A stretch of 64,000 bases of DNA from Octopus sinensis (lineage: Eukaryota), in the NCBI RefSeq assembly GCF_006345805.1, contig NC_043004.1, positions 22,134,001 to 22,198,000 on the forward strand. The letters are read 5' to 3'. Both the position numbers and the translations under genes were made by a program. The number at the start of each line of letters is the position of its first letter. The stretch's first letter is position 1. The notes under the pieces were generated by a model. It was not told where the DNA came from. It did not search any database and saw nothing but the letters and a program-made list of their open reading frames with translations. Shown piece after piece: positions 41,801-54,761 of this stretch.

Positions 41801-42791
41801 GGATTCATGATGTCAGTATCACATCTTACGGTGTCTGCATTCTTTACGAAGCATTAAGCTGCAGTCCTGATGTCGACATTTTGATACCCGGCGCGAATCA
41901 TCAAGATACAGGTATCCAAATTTCAAATGGTTTCAAGTCCTCCTTGCCAGCTCAATTATTCACTACAATAGTAATTGTTATGCTCAATAAAATAGAAATA
42001 GAATCTATTCTTCCTGAGCAGCCCGTACCAATTGATCCATGGCTCAGGATCGGTCCGCAGCATGGTGGTTTGTGACAGCTGCATGGGGTATATTATTCTT
42101 AAGAAGTCAGGATTAGTGTGGTTTGAATACCTTACGCGTTTTGAACGATGAAACACAACTTAACTTCAGTTTGTCACTTGTGAAGAACATTTATAATTCA
42201 TAACGATGTACCCGAAATATCGAGCCGCTGATATTTTAAACATCATGGACTCGAGAGAGGGGAAAATTAAGTAATTTCCTGTAGATAGGTAATTATAAAT
42301 AGAAGGCATATGACACGAATATTTTGTCTGCTCGTTGGTTTAAAACTTTTATTATTGCAAGTATGTAAGAAGCCACGATGGATAATCGGTGGAGGATTGT
42401 AAGATTATTAAATACTGAAAGAAACATACGCTAATAATTGCTTATTAAATTATTTTACATACTTATTTTGTTTTAGTCTGAGTCATTATTAAATCTAAAA
42501 GAGAATTTCCTATTTACTTCCGTTTATGTTTCCGATGTAGTCTATAGACATTCAACACCTTATTTGTTTGATGCTTCTTTTACATTTTTCTCAAAAATTA
42601 ATTAAAAAACAGAATGAAATATATGATGAAAATAGTAATGAAAATTTTATTAATAATTTAATTAGAGGTTTTATAGTGACTTAGAATAGCTTCAAGAAAG
42701 ACAGACCGGTTTTCTAAATGTATTTCTGATACTACTATACAACTCATATATCCATCTCATGGGTAATGAAGATGCAGTGCTTTCTATGAAA

Positions 42792-43345
42792 TATTAAATT
42801 GAGTCAAATGTTTTGCGATCGTTTTGCTTCATTCGACAAGTTATAATAAAACCAAACAAGTTGTTAATTTGAATTAGTGGCTATGGTGTTGCACCGTCTA
42901 AATCCACCTTTCTGCCATTCCAGTTCTAGTCCTTCGAGGGAAGAACTTCTTCACTGAAGCTTCCACTTGGCTGATGAAAAGTCGCAATCGTAAGAACACA
43001 TAAAATAGATCGGAACAAATAAAAATCGAAGGGAGTTAGGTCTGGTCTAAATGCTGTGTATGGCATCATTTCGATTTCCTCAAATTTCTAGTGTTTATTT
43101 TGGGTCGTTCGAGCAGCAGCAGTATGTGATCTTGTATTGTTTCCTGCAGAAGAGCTTGTTTTTTTGTTTTTTGTTTTTTGTAAACGGAAACCAGATATAT
43201 TTACCGCACAATGGCGTACATCCGCTTCAGCTGTTAGGAGTACAGGCTGGCATCGATGTCCGGACTGTCCGGAACGAAATTTTAGTGAATTATTACCCTC
43301 ATAGCTCCAGCTGGCGTAGAGTATTTTCTGTTCGAGGTGCTCGTG
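42792..43345 (-). mobile_element. Mariner-like transposase 3' half plus TIR
   Basis: Minus strand EQKILYASWSYEG...NNTRSHTA...PDLTPFDFYLFRS...AERW. TIR tattaaattgagtcaaatgttttgc at 42792-42816. Confidence 0.75.
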
Positions 43346-43409
43346 TTTGGCGATAGGTGCTGGAAGCTGGCATTTGCCTAACCACTGCTTATGCACATTA
43401 TTAGGATTG

Positions 43410-43638
43410 CGGAAAATATACTCCTCGAATTATGACTTGAACCGATCTATGGCTCACATCTTGCGCACGCGACGCTTCATCCTGAGTCAGCGTGGGATCA
43501 AAGAACTGGCAGAAAGGTGGCTTCAGACGGTGCAAAACAATGGCTTCTACTTTGAATGCTAGACTACTTTTGTCTTAAGTTGACAAATATTGCAAATGAA
43601 TTATAACAATACTGCAAAACTTTTGACTCAACACAATA
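43410..43638 (+). mobile_element. Mariner-like transposase 3' end plus TIR
   Basis: SNYDLNRSMAHILRTRRF..RGIKELAERWLQTVQNNGFYFEC*. TIR gcaaaacttttgactcaacacaata at 43614-43638. Confidence 0.75.
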
Positions 43639-43796
43639 ATACAAAGCGGACCACGCATGCATGCATGCACACAAACTACACACCTACGCACTTACACGTG
43701 CATATGTACATATATGTGAGTGCACATATATATGCATACACAGATGCATACACATATGCATGCATACACACCTTTATATATCTTTACAGACATGCA

Positions 43797-43853
<57 letters not shown>

Positions 43854-45479
43854 CTCACAAGGCGTTATGGGTATTGTTTCATCTTATTGCAATATAATTC
43901 AATTTGTTAGTTTATAAGAAATATCCGAAGGTCAATGCAAGTGAACCGTTTCATGTACTTTAATTAGAATCACTTCAACTTTAGGTAACCTCTTATTCGA
44001 TATGTAAGCATTATTTATGTCCGTTTAGGTATAGTAGTTTCATAGTAATGATCAGAAATGAATTACTTGCTGCAAAATGCGGTGTATCTCTTTGCAGCCT
44101 ATAAGTGATCTAGGAGCCCTTAAATAATTATTTAATATAACTTGTAATTAAGTGACAGTTTATGCTCTGCTAGTTGGACCACTTAAATAAACAATGCATT
44201 AGTCAGTATACCGCGTGGTGAAAAGTGAGTCAGTCCTGTACGTCGGTGGCATAAACCTGTTCATACCTACACTACTTTCATCCTAACAGCGAAAATGAAA
44301 TATGTAAATAGCAAAACGTTATTCAATAAAATTTTATTCAACTCGTGGCGAAAAGACAACAAATATTTTAGGGTATATTCAAAGTATATAAATCGTGAGT
44401 TTCAGTATCAACAAGGCGTTGTAGATACTACTGAAGACTGTTGAGAGTCTCTGAGTGTATTTCGGCAAAACTGCTAACGGAATTCAGTAACAATAGAATG
44501 TCTGGGATCAAGGGTAAATTGATGGTGCCAATAGGCTATTAACAATGTCATTTACTGAAGTACCTGCTTCTATTATTTTCTCACCTAAGAAATGGTAGAC
44601 ATTGCATGCATATGGTGCCCATTCAGCAAGGTTCAGATACTAAAATAGTGCTTCCTTCCGAACTCTTGTGTCTACACACACATACATACTCACATACATA
44701 GTCAGTCTAAAACATAATCCCACGCCAACGGCCAAATGTGAGCTATTAAATTTGTGTCATATTTTATATGTATATTTATGTCATCCAACCTTTTCTAGTT
44801 CGCATTAGCACAACAATAACATTGCGCGCAGGAAACTTTGCTGTTGCCATGGAAGCAGAAATGCTAATTCTCCCATATATGTAGTAAGCGCATCCAAAGT
44901 AAAGCTACACCATAAAATTTTTAATATTCAGCCTATGTCATTCCTATGGTAATAGATTCTACGCCCCCGTCATCCTAACCTAATGCTAATATAACAAATT
45001 TCACTCATAATGAAAGCAAGGTAAGATTTTCAATCATAATCGTATTACCTTTGCAAATCCTTTCATGCTACTTTTTAAGATTTCACTGAAATATAGAAGC
45101 GATATTTCCATTTCGAAGACAAACACCAGGAAAAGGGAGGTATCTTTGTAGCAGATAGTTGAAAAAACGTCACCGATTTCTAATTCTTTACATACCATCT
45201 CGAGAAAGGCAGATTAAAAAATCAGTGAAAATAAGGTTTATAACGTCAAAAGCTAATTATGATGGGAAGATTTGATCTTGCATTACGATTTTCATAAGTA
45301 ATGATATAGAAGTAACGTACGACATTATGTAAAATATTAGTTTATTTTTTAAAGATAATGTGATATTGATCCCCATTCATTAAACAATATTATAATATAT
45401 TTTTAATAATACTAATATGCGTATTATATTCACATGTCTATATATTATTGAATATATATCCATGCACGGTTTAAACAGT

Positions 45480-45735
45480 AAGCTTGGCAGGAAAGAAATG
45501 TGCCTATAAGCAGTACAAAAACAATAAAATATGGAAGGTGCAGTTATGTACAGGTTGACGGAAGAAAAGCAGGAGAAAAACAGCTTTATCGATCTCATTC
45601 TCACCTGGAATCAATTTTTGTAATTTTTCAAGACTTATACACGCCCTGATACCGTCTACAGCGCAATCGGATGGAGGATGCCCGAGATCCGAGAAGACAC
45701 ACACACATACAGACAGAACAGATTTTATATAAGAG
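45480..45735 (+). mobile_element. Possible Helitron-like 3'-end non-autonomous repeat
   Basis: cggatggaggatgcccgagatcc...cacacacatacagacag...ttttatataagagat resembles Helitron-derived 3' ends as recalled; weak support. Confidence 0.25.
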
Positions 45736-46280
45736 ATAAGTGTGTATGTGAGTGTACTCTCCTGTGGGTGTTACAGAAATAAATAGTATACACACACAAA
45801 CACACACACACATACATATATATAGTATTTATTAAAACCAGAAAAAAATATTGTTCTTTCTCCATTCTTTTGCTTTATTTCTGTTTCTTCACTTACCTTC
45901 TTCCCATCTAAAGCTTTGACGTTTTATTTTTCAAATCTAATTTCAATTTTAAAAACAACTTTAGCACAATTTTATATTCCTGTTAACTTTTGCAATTCCC
46001 ACTTCTGAATATGAGTGTGCATTCTGCGATGCTGATTTTGGAACGATTTCAGGACAAATTTTTTTTCAGGGGAGGACCGGAGTTCACCATCTCTATGTTC
46101 AGTCGCCTCCCTGGGGACTGCTTGATGGAATGCAGAATGGGTTCTGCCGTCGACGTGGGATAATTTTAAGAAGCACGTCCTAGTCTTGCACATTGCTATA
46201 ACGATATTTTTCTTTTTCGTTATATACTTTGAAAATCATTTATCCAATCATTTTGAAATGTTTATTCGTTGAAATGTAAA

Positions 46281-46350
46281 TACTGTATTATATTATATTA
46301 TATTATATTATATTATATTATATTATATTATATTATATTATATTATATAT
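46281..46350. repeat. (ATATT)n pentanucleotide microsatellite
   Basis: Visible directly in the sequence. Confidence 0.95.
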
Positions 46351-46514
46351 ACACTCATAAGTTAGTACTCAGTATTATTGCAAGTCTGACAAACGATGGC
46401 GTAAAACACGGAGTAACAGTTTGTGAAGATTGTCACAGACTATAATGAATAGTAAATTACTCTGATTTTCATATACAAGTATTATTTTTCCACTTATTTT
46501 GCATCTGTTTTATT

Positions 46515-46574
<60 letters not shown>

Positions 46575-48164
46575 GTATGCATTGTGTTTGTATGCATATA
46601 TATATGTATATACGTGTGTGTGTATGTGTGTGTGTACGTTAAACATTAGATGCTACACCTGTGATAAAGCCAAGGAATTAAAATTAATTCACAGTTGTGA
46701 TTATGTTACATACTCATAATTTTATTTTTATCTGAAGCGTATGTCTGACCGTATGTGCATCTCCAGTATATGTATCTTTGCGCATGAAATTACCAACATA
46801 TAATGATGCTTCAAATTTCCAATGAAGTGAATATGGTGATATAGTGTAGGTTAATTACAATCTGTGTTCTGTTAAATATTCACGGTCTTACGAATTTATT
46901 TCAATGATCTCGTTAATATATTGAAATATTCACTAATATTCTAATTTTAATGCATTTTAGCAATTTTTGTTTTCGAAAAATCACGTCCACTGTCGATAAT
47001 AATTACTTACGTCTTGTTCTTTCTATTGCAGGTAAGTCTACCATCTATAATGTACTTAATAAAGAAGAAATGTGAAAGGTAAGAGAATGAACGTACATGT
47101 GTGTACTTCGAAATTTGCATATATACACAATAAACACACTCATACACCAACCTATGCAGAAAAATGTGTATGCGTGTGTGTGAGTTCAGAAAATAAGAAA
47201 AGACATTTTAAAATAAAATTAAGGCTGTAGATGGAATAAATACTTAATGCATTCTGTATTATTTGTGGACACGATCGAGTTTTCAGTGGTCATTCGAAGC
47301 AATATGTAGATATTTGATTCCTTTTTTAGAGGGACCCTAATGCTACAAAAATATCAGTATTGCGTTGTATAAGTTTGTTGCTATTTAGAAAAAAACGTTG
47401 CTCACACGTTGCCTGTATACAAAAGAGTGAACCACAATAGTGAAAATGAAACAACAGTTGAAGTTTTATATTGTGTTTCTTTGATATCTCGGTGTTAGGA
47501 CTACTCATTTATGAGGTCTCCCATTTCTCCATACGTGGAGAAATAGGAGATGAGATAAAGCTAAATAAATCTTTTGCACATACTGGAATTGCTATAATAT
47601 CCACTCTATTTCCTATTGTTGTTTTCTGTTGTTTAATGCTGATTTCACCATCATAATAACACTGAGGAACATGTCGCAGTCTTGCACATTCCTATACCGA
47701 TATTTTCTTTAATGTTGTTTATACTCTGTTACCTACCGAACGTTTCTGAAGAGCCATTGTCTAGTATTTTAGTAGTATCTTGTGGAACAGTTTAGTGTTA
47801 TTGTTTACAGCGTTTCTTTTCAAGAAATTGAAGTTAATCAAGACGAAATTTCGCTTTCTTACAATTCTGATTCCTCTTAAATGACGTAATATTATGAACA
47901 TAATATTATACTTGATTTATTATACACCCAGGGATAGAGACACGTCCACAATCTTAACAAATATGATATATTTATGAATTTGTTAAGATTAATATTCACG
48001 TCTACAATATGCTCATAACGTAAGCAGATGTTAGTTTATCGGTTTTGACTCTTGTCTTGTATATTCAGAAGTTAGTTTAATAAACGACTTTTATTATTTG
48101 TACGTACATACATACATTCACACACACACACACACACACACACCACACACACACACACACACAC

Positions 48165-48205
<41 letters not shown>

Positions 48206-48569
48206 CTATCAATGATATATTCTGGTAGCTGTCTCAGATATGAATGATGTGTTTCCGTACTGATTTGATTAGTAGTGCCTCAAATTTCAGAATGAATTTT
48301 AGATTATTAAAGCACAGGCTGTGCTTTAATGATATTGGTGGTGAAAGTGTAACTTATTCAGGAACGTATGAGATTTGAATTGGCTACCAACAAAGAAAAC
48401 AAAATTAACCCTTATTAGCATAAGGGCCGAATGAATATGTCAATACCTATAAAATTATGAACCCAAGTTTGTTTATATCAAACTCAAATATTGGTGAAAT
48501 TTCAGCATCATTAAATTAAAGGATCTTTGTTTGCTCGAAAGTTATACATTTGTGGATTTTGGGATTGAG

Positions 48570-50400
48570 CGGGGTCATGCGTATAAAATATATTTACAAC
48601 AAATGGACAGTTTTTCGTGGTTTTGGTTCCTGGTGCTGCTGAAATACTCTTATACATATTTGCTCGTGTATGGTTTATTTATTTATTTAGATGAAAATTA
48701 TACCCATGTTTCGACAACTCTTTTTCAAACAACACATTCCATCAGGGACTTTGCATATAGGGGCAAGTCTAGAAACTGGTGGAATAGAAGTGATGGAACG
48801 TCTGACCATGATATTGACAACGTTGCAAGGAATATTCTTTTAATCGACGTTGATCCATAAACTAAATTGCAAAATCGCACCACTTCTTGCCTTCTATTCT
48901 TGTATAATAGTCTGATAGGGCTTGGTCTACGATGGTTACACCGCTCCTATTCTAGTTTTAGACCTTCATAACAGCAAGCTGTGGCGCACTTACACGATCT
49001 TTTGTAGTTACCCACCTACCCACCGTTTTGCTTCCAGTAACGGAAAAAACCTACAGTGGTTCTGTCAAAGGTAACAACTGAATTGCCATTCCACTGAACA
49101 ATTTCAATCGAAGTAGCACAGTAGTAGTTAACTGATACTGGGATTCTTCGTCCTATGGCGTCTTGCAATGGACAACCAGCAACATGATTCGTAAGAATAA
49201 TCCTGTTAGCTCTAAATCCGAGCTTCTTCACATCAAACATCAATTCATATGAACTAAATAAGTTATCAAAACCTAAATGGCATTGACTCGGCGCAATGCA
49301 TATTGCTCCAGTTGCTTCTACAATACCAGAAGCAAAAGTCACATTCTGTCATTTTTCTCAGCTCCCGGATAAATTGAAACATAATAGGGCAAACTAGTAC
49401 TTCTTGTTATGACTGAAGACTTGTGTCCAAAGAGACAGGCATTCCCATAAATCAACTGCTAACAGGAATAAAAATGAACAAATTTCCTTCTGGACTCATA
49501 TAGAATGATGAGGTTATTTTCCGTTTTCTGTTGTCCATATATTCCCCACACAATAGGCAGGACACCGGTCTGTCGCAGAAATATTCATTTTTGTCAGCTG
49601 AGTGGACTGGAGCAAGGCGAAGCAAACAGTTTTGCTCAAGAGCACTACGCATCATCCGCCCCGGAATTGAAACCACTCTAACCACTAAACCGCGCGCCTC
49701 CACCCCTTAAACGAGTGTCTTCCAAGTTATGGTAAAATACTTTCACCAGCACTTGAGTTCTCATGCACTACGCCAAAAATCTGAAATCTTTTGTTTAAAT
49801 TATCATATAAATGTTTCACATTTGCCATTATTTCTTGGAGCCTCTTACAGTTCATTGTTTCTGCAAAAAAGGATTGCAATTATCATTAGGGGACTTTTCA
49901 TACTCATCTGTACGACAGTTGTAGTCAGGCAGTAACAGCAATCCCGCTTGACCAAATGGTCTTTAAGCTCATCAAATACCATCATACGAACTACCAACTC
50001 AGACGTATTAAACCACTCAGACATATTAGCCACTCAAACAAATTAGCCAGTCGGACATATTAGCCACTCAAGCTAATCCAATGTAACTTTTTGCACTTGA
50101 AGCTGAATTGATGTTATTTTGCAATCTTTTTTTAGGTTTTTTTACTATGTCCTTTTCTGTGGTTTTGCTAAAATATAGGCTTGTTTCTTTATTAATGGAG
50201 TCGCACTCAGAAGTTTCGAAATCATTTGCATCGTATTCAGTGACTTCTTATTCGCAAGCTACTTTAAGTGGAAGACCATTATGCACCATCAAATTGTAAT
50301 CATCTTCTTCTACATCACTATCAGCACAACCAGTGGGGAATTTTTTGTTAAAATATCAGTTCAACATGGATTGTCGGATTTTACCCTTTCAAGTGCATCA
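48570..50400 (-). pseudogene. piggyBac-family (PGBD-like) transposase relic interrupted by a SINE
   Basis: In order on the minus strand: acidic DSDVEEDD..GLP; FQIFGVVHENSSAGESILP*LGRHSFK (decayed SIDESM); FGHK..PYYVSIYPG; HLGFDNLFSSY; VQWNGNSVVT; GVTIVDQALSDY..IEGKKW. Confidence 0.75.
49460..49703 (-). mobile_element. tRNA-derived SINE family C, nested in the piggyBac relic
   Basis: Minus-strand head gtggaggcgcgcggtttagtggttagagt..., then ttgctccagtccactcagctgacaaaaatg. Confidence 0.7.
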
Positions 50401-50660
50401 TTCAAGAATCGATGATGGATTGGGTTTGATCCATAAAATGTTTTCACATTCATTTTGTCTCTTCAAAGATATACTAATCAAAAGCTTTTAACAGTTGTCT
50501 GGATTCTAGATGCCCAAAAGTTTTCATATCATCTTGAGTTTTTGGCAACGATGATGAAAACATTAAGACTAATACAAGCTGTAGACAACTTACCTATAAT
50601 CGTGTTACGACTTCGACAGAGCTTCTCACTATTTTGTAGAAATGAAATCTGGAGAATTGA

Positions 50661-50702
50661 CCCTTATTCACCAAATGCCACATATTAGAGGAGGTTAATA
50701 AT
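50661..50702 (+). mobile_element. Micro-fragment of the CR1/L2-group LINE 3' UTR
   Basis: 37-nt exact match to 58345-58381 (cccttattcaccaaatgccacatattagaggaggtta), followed by ataat. Confidence 0.75.
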
Positions 50703-53700
50703 AATTGATTTAACAATTGCTTGTGGTGCATAAAATTTGGTTAATATGGTAACATGTAAAATACAATTTTTATTTTCTCTGGTCATCTATTTTCGTAATC
50801 AAATAAATGAAAGTGAAAACTGCTAAGCTTTTATGAAATACAACCTAACCTACCTTGATAATTCTTTGAAATCATTGTATTTGCATTTTCCCTAACTGCA
50901 ACACATTAGTAAACAGTTTATTAAACAAAAGAATGAGTTACAATTTCTCCGAACTATTGGTACTACAAACAAACTCATGACTCATACAATTTACTATATT
51001 TCATCCTATTAGAAATATAAGAAATTATTCAAAATTTTGAGACCTTTTGACCCTGTATTGTCCCAATGTCTACATTTATAGGCCTGTAATTACAATTGCA
51101 TACATTCCGCCCGAAAATCTGTTAATTTTCAAAAATTGCATCCTTTAATATTAATATAATACAAAGAGGGAACAAATTATTTAAACTTTTCTCAGTTTTC
51201 TAATGAAAATAATTGAAATGGTAGAAAATGAAACAGATTTTTTTCAAGATTGTAATCAAAGGAAAACAGTTAAATGACCACAATAATTTGATTTCCCGCC
51301 GAAAATGAGTTTAATAGCCTTATATAGGTATGTATCACACAAATTGGGCCTGTTAGTTGACAATAACTTGTTCAGGAGTAAATAATATCCAAGATCTACA
51401 ATTGTAGCTATGAGACTAAAATGGCTTAAATTAATCTATTTATAATTTCACTTTAGCGTTGTAATTAAACTGTTATAATTAAACTGATATGAATCTTTAA
51501 TTCAAATACAAGTTTGAAACACTGTATGAAACTTTACGTACGTATTATAAAATTAATGAGTAAATCGTACTGGTATCTCATACATTTGACGGTTTCTTCT
51601 TCGTAATTCAAACATTTTGTAACTAATATTAACACCTGCACAATTATATCGCATATTTATTCGACACAAGTTGGAGAATCTAATCGCCTATTATTTCGTC
51701 TGACCCGCCACCTGCAGGAAATAAACGTTTGCTAAGTAGGAAGTTTTAAATATATCATAGCCTCCCACATAATGAGGTCAATGCATTTCATACAAATATT
51801 ATCATATTTTCATATGCAAAATGAAATAGTGTTTCTAACTATATATAACAAATCTACCCGTATTAAAACTACTTTCAATAACATATACACATTACTGGTA
51901 GGACATAGAACACAGCCTTCAGCAGATCGTATATTAGCGCTGGTATGGTATAATAATTGAAACGAAAACTTTGAGCAAATCGATTAAACTGACGGTATAT
52001 ACAATCACAATCACACACACACAAGAATACACACGTGCGCGCGCGTGTGTGTGTAGCGCCGGGTAAATACCTGTTTATTGATTAGATATACTCTGTTTGG
52101 AAACCGAATGGAATTAGCGTATCTTACGCAAATGTACATTTCACATTAAACAAACGTGGTAACATTAATACCAGATGAATAAGTTAGGCCGTTATTGTAA
52201 CCCTGCAACACCAGAGTCCAATGACTACAACTAGTAAATGAATCAGTAGAAGAATGCACATCTAAGTATATGTTCAGACAACAATATTTCTATATACTTT
52301 TCAAACTCTTCTTTCATTCATCAAATTACTTGAATAAAGTTTCATGAAGATATGCAGAAATTTCTTAAACAAATGTGCATTGATGAAAATTTTGGCATTA
52401 TGTTTACGATTATTGTTGTTGTTATTTAAGTTATTTAAACGGATCAAGAGCATGCTACCCACATCCGTCCCATACTATATTCATATTTTGATCCATGATC
52501 TGTTTCCTATCTTGTGTATCAGGCTAGTGAATTAGGGGATAGTTGGGATATATTTTTGTTGGATAGTTACATAGAGGGAGTTCAATCTCATCCCCACAAA
52601 TTAATGCTTTGCTACCATTGTTAGAAACTGTAGGATGCGTCACAAGTACGGCAATCCATAAGGATTTCTATTAAATTATGCAATGGAAGAACGGCCTAGA
52701 ATTTGTGTACTTGCTTGTCTACCGTCATTTCTCATATCTTAAACATAACTGCATATTGAACCAAAAATTATCCGCTATGTGGTCGCTCAGCATGTGTATA
52801 CCTCATATTTTTCACAAATGTTTTTAATAAGGAAGGACATATTGACTAATGTAGCTGCTGATATAAGGAAAGACAGGGCAGTGACCTATTAAATGGAGTT
52901 AAACAACAGTAGTAACAATTTCAGTATTACATACATAAATACATACACACATACATTTAACGGTTTTCCATAATTAGCGTTGCTACCATTGCTGCAAACT
53001 GAACGAAGAGCCTACTGATATTCACTAGGAAAATTTAATCTTCGTTCTTAACTCTGTTTGCCATAACTCTGTAAATCAGGATCATAGGATTATTCCATAG
53101 TAAGAAGCTGAACAATCTGACACCGCAACTAAATCAATACAAGGTTGGTTGTATTGCTATGTGGTGAATCTAAGTCACAGCCCATCTTAACGGATCGATA
53201 TTCACTCAACATTGTGTTTGAGCATTGCATTCGTTTGGGATTGTATTTAATAACATTAATACAATAAAAAAAAAGAGAAGTTGAGCTATATATAAATGTA
53301 ATGGCTTTTTCTTTAAAGTATTTTCATTCAACTGCAAATTATAGGAAATTATCGCTTTCTTTAAACTATTTGACGAAACTGTTTCTTTAGTTACTTTCGA
53401 GGATGTAATCATGAATTTTTGTTTCGCTTGCATTTTCGTGATAATACAATACTGCTGTACGTATTATCTAGAGGAGTAGTGAAATACTTTACGTCAGTAT
53501 ATTTAGGAAGCAATTAAAGACGCATTATCTTCGTTGATGACATAGTTACAGAGACTCAAGCCCATATATTCATTCTTACAGTTCGATATCTTTTTCCTCC
53601 TCTCATGGTTCCATATATCTGTCTGCAAATAAAGTGTATCGTAAATAGAATAAAAACTAATGCCTATTTTACTAGTCAAGCTCTTATTTTAGAATACAAA

Positions 53701-53978
53701 TTATCTTCAGTAAAATAGAAGACGAATTTCCGATACCTCAAAAATATATCATATCAATTTCTTTTTTGTACATAATGTGGTCAAGAAATAATTTCTCGCC
53801 AAATAAAACAGATCCATTTGTGAAGGATGAGTGTGAGCATGTCTGCTACAGTTAATGCATACAAACATATGCATATACGTGTATATCTATTACATAAATA
53901 CTTTCTGTGGTTATATATATAAATACGCACATACATTCATATATGTATATACATACATACACACACATAGACACACAC

Positions 53979-54049
<71 letters not shown>

Positions 54050-54058
54050 TTATATATA

Positions 54059-54312
54059 TCGTGTCACTCCATCGGTTGCGAAATTAGCGTGCAAGTGGCT
54101 GAGCACTCCACAGACACGTATACCTTTAATGCAATACTCAAGGAGATTCAGCGTGACACAGAATGTGTCAAGACTGAGCCTTTGAAATACAGGTAGAACA
54201 GAAACAGGAAGAAAGAGTGAGAGAAAGTTGTGAAATAGTACAGCAGAGTACACCACCCCCTGCCGGAGCCTCGTGAAGCTTTAGCTGATTTCGCTCAATA
54301 AACACTGACAAC

Positions 54313-54315
<3 letters not shown>
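54059..54315 (-). mobile_element. Interspersed SINE-like repeat, family D
   Basis: Minus strand ggcgttgtcagtgtttattgagcgaaatcagctaaagcttcacgaggctccggcagggggtggtg..., bounded by microsatellites. Recalled as a common octopus repeat; single copy in this window. Confidence 0.5.
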
Positions 54316-54351
<36 letters not shown>

Positions 54352-54486
54352 AGATGTACTCGCATAGCAAGTGATTTGATCTGAGATCATGTGCTGAAAC
54401 GAAAACAATTGCAGCGTGGAAGGTGTTTGTAAGCCATTTAAGAAACACACAAAAGCCGTTCGATTTACTTCAACACTTATGTTTAA

Positions 54487-54536
54487 TTTGTCAAAATATT
54501 TTCGTCGCTAAAATCCGCAACCTGTTCACTGACAAA
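54487..54536 (-). ncRNA. Minimal type I hammerhead-like motif, G3/C8 core variant (left arm)
   Basis: UUUGUCA GUGAACA G GUUGC-loop-GCGAC GAA AAUAUU U UGACAAA. Stem II is kept by a U-G wobble. Confidence 0.6.
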
Positions 54537-54551
54537 AATGCACCGCGGATT

Positions 54552-54602
54552 TTTGTCAGTGAACAGGTCGCGGATTTTTAGCGACGAAAATATTTTGACA
54601 AA
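54552..54602 (+). ncRNA. Minimal type I hammerhead-like motif, G3/C8 core variant (right arm)
   Basis: Stem I UUUGUCA/UGACAAA (7 bp), core GUGAACA, stem II GUCGC/GCGAC, GAA, palindromic stem III AAUAUU, predicted cleavage after U54595. Confidence 0.65.
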
Positions 54603-54679
54603 TCAAACTTAAATGTTGAAGTGAATCGAACGGCTTTTGTGTGTTTCTTATATGGCTTACAAACACCTTCCACGCTGCA

Positions 54680-54761
<82 letters not shown>

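Larger units (their letters stand above)
54405..54684. repeat. 280-bp palindrome: ~135-bp arms with 7 differences, 9-nt loop (54540-54548); probably an inverted Penelope-like terminal repeat
   Basis: Hand alignment of 54405-54539 with the reverse complement of 54549-54684. Confidence 0.9.

Noticed and set aside
46030-47760. Shared agtcttgcacatt.ctata.cgatatttt segment (~46180 and ~47678), possibly mariner 3' ends
   Set aside because: Too decayed to show catalytic motifs or a clear TIR; left unclassified.
52400-53200. Repeated ttgctaccattg (52609, 52980) and protein-like minus-strand frames
   Set aside because: Only a 12-nt match, the frames contain stops, and no family was recognised.
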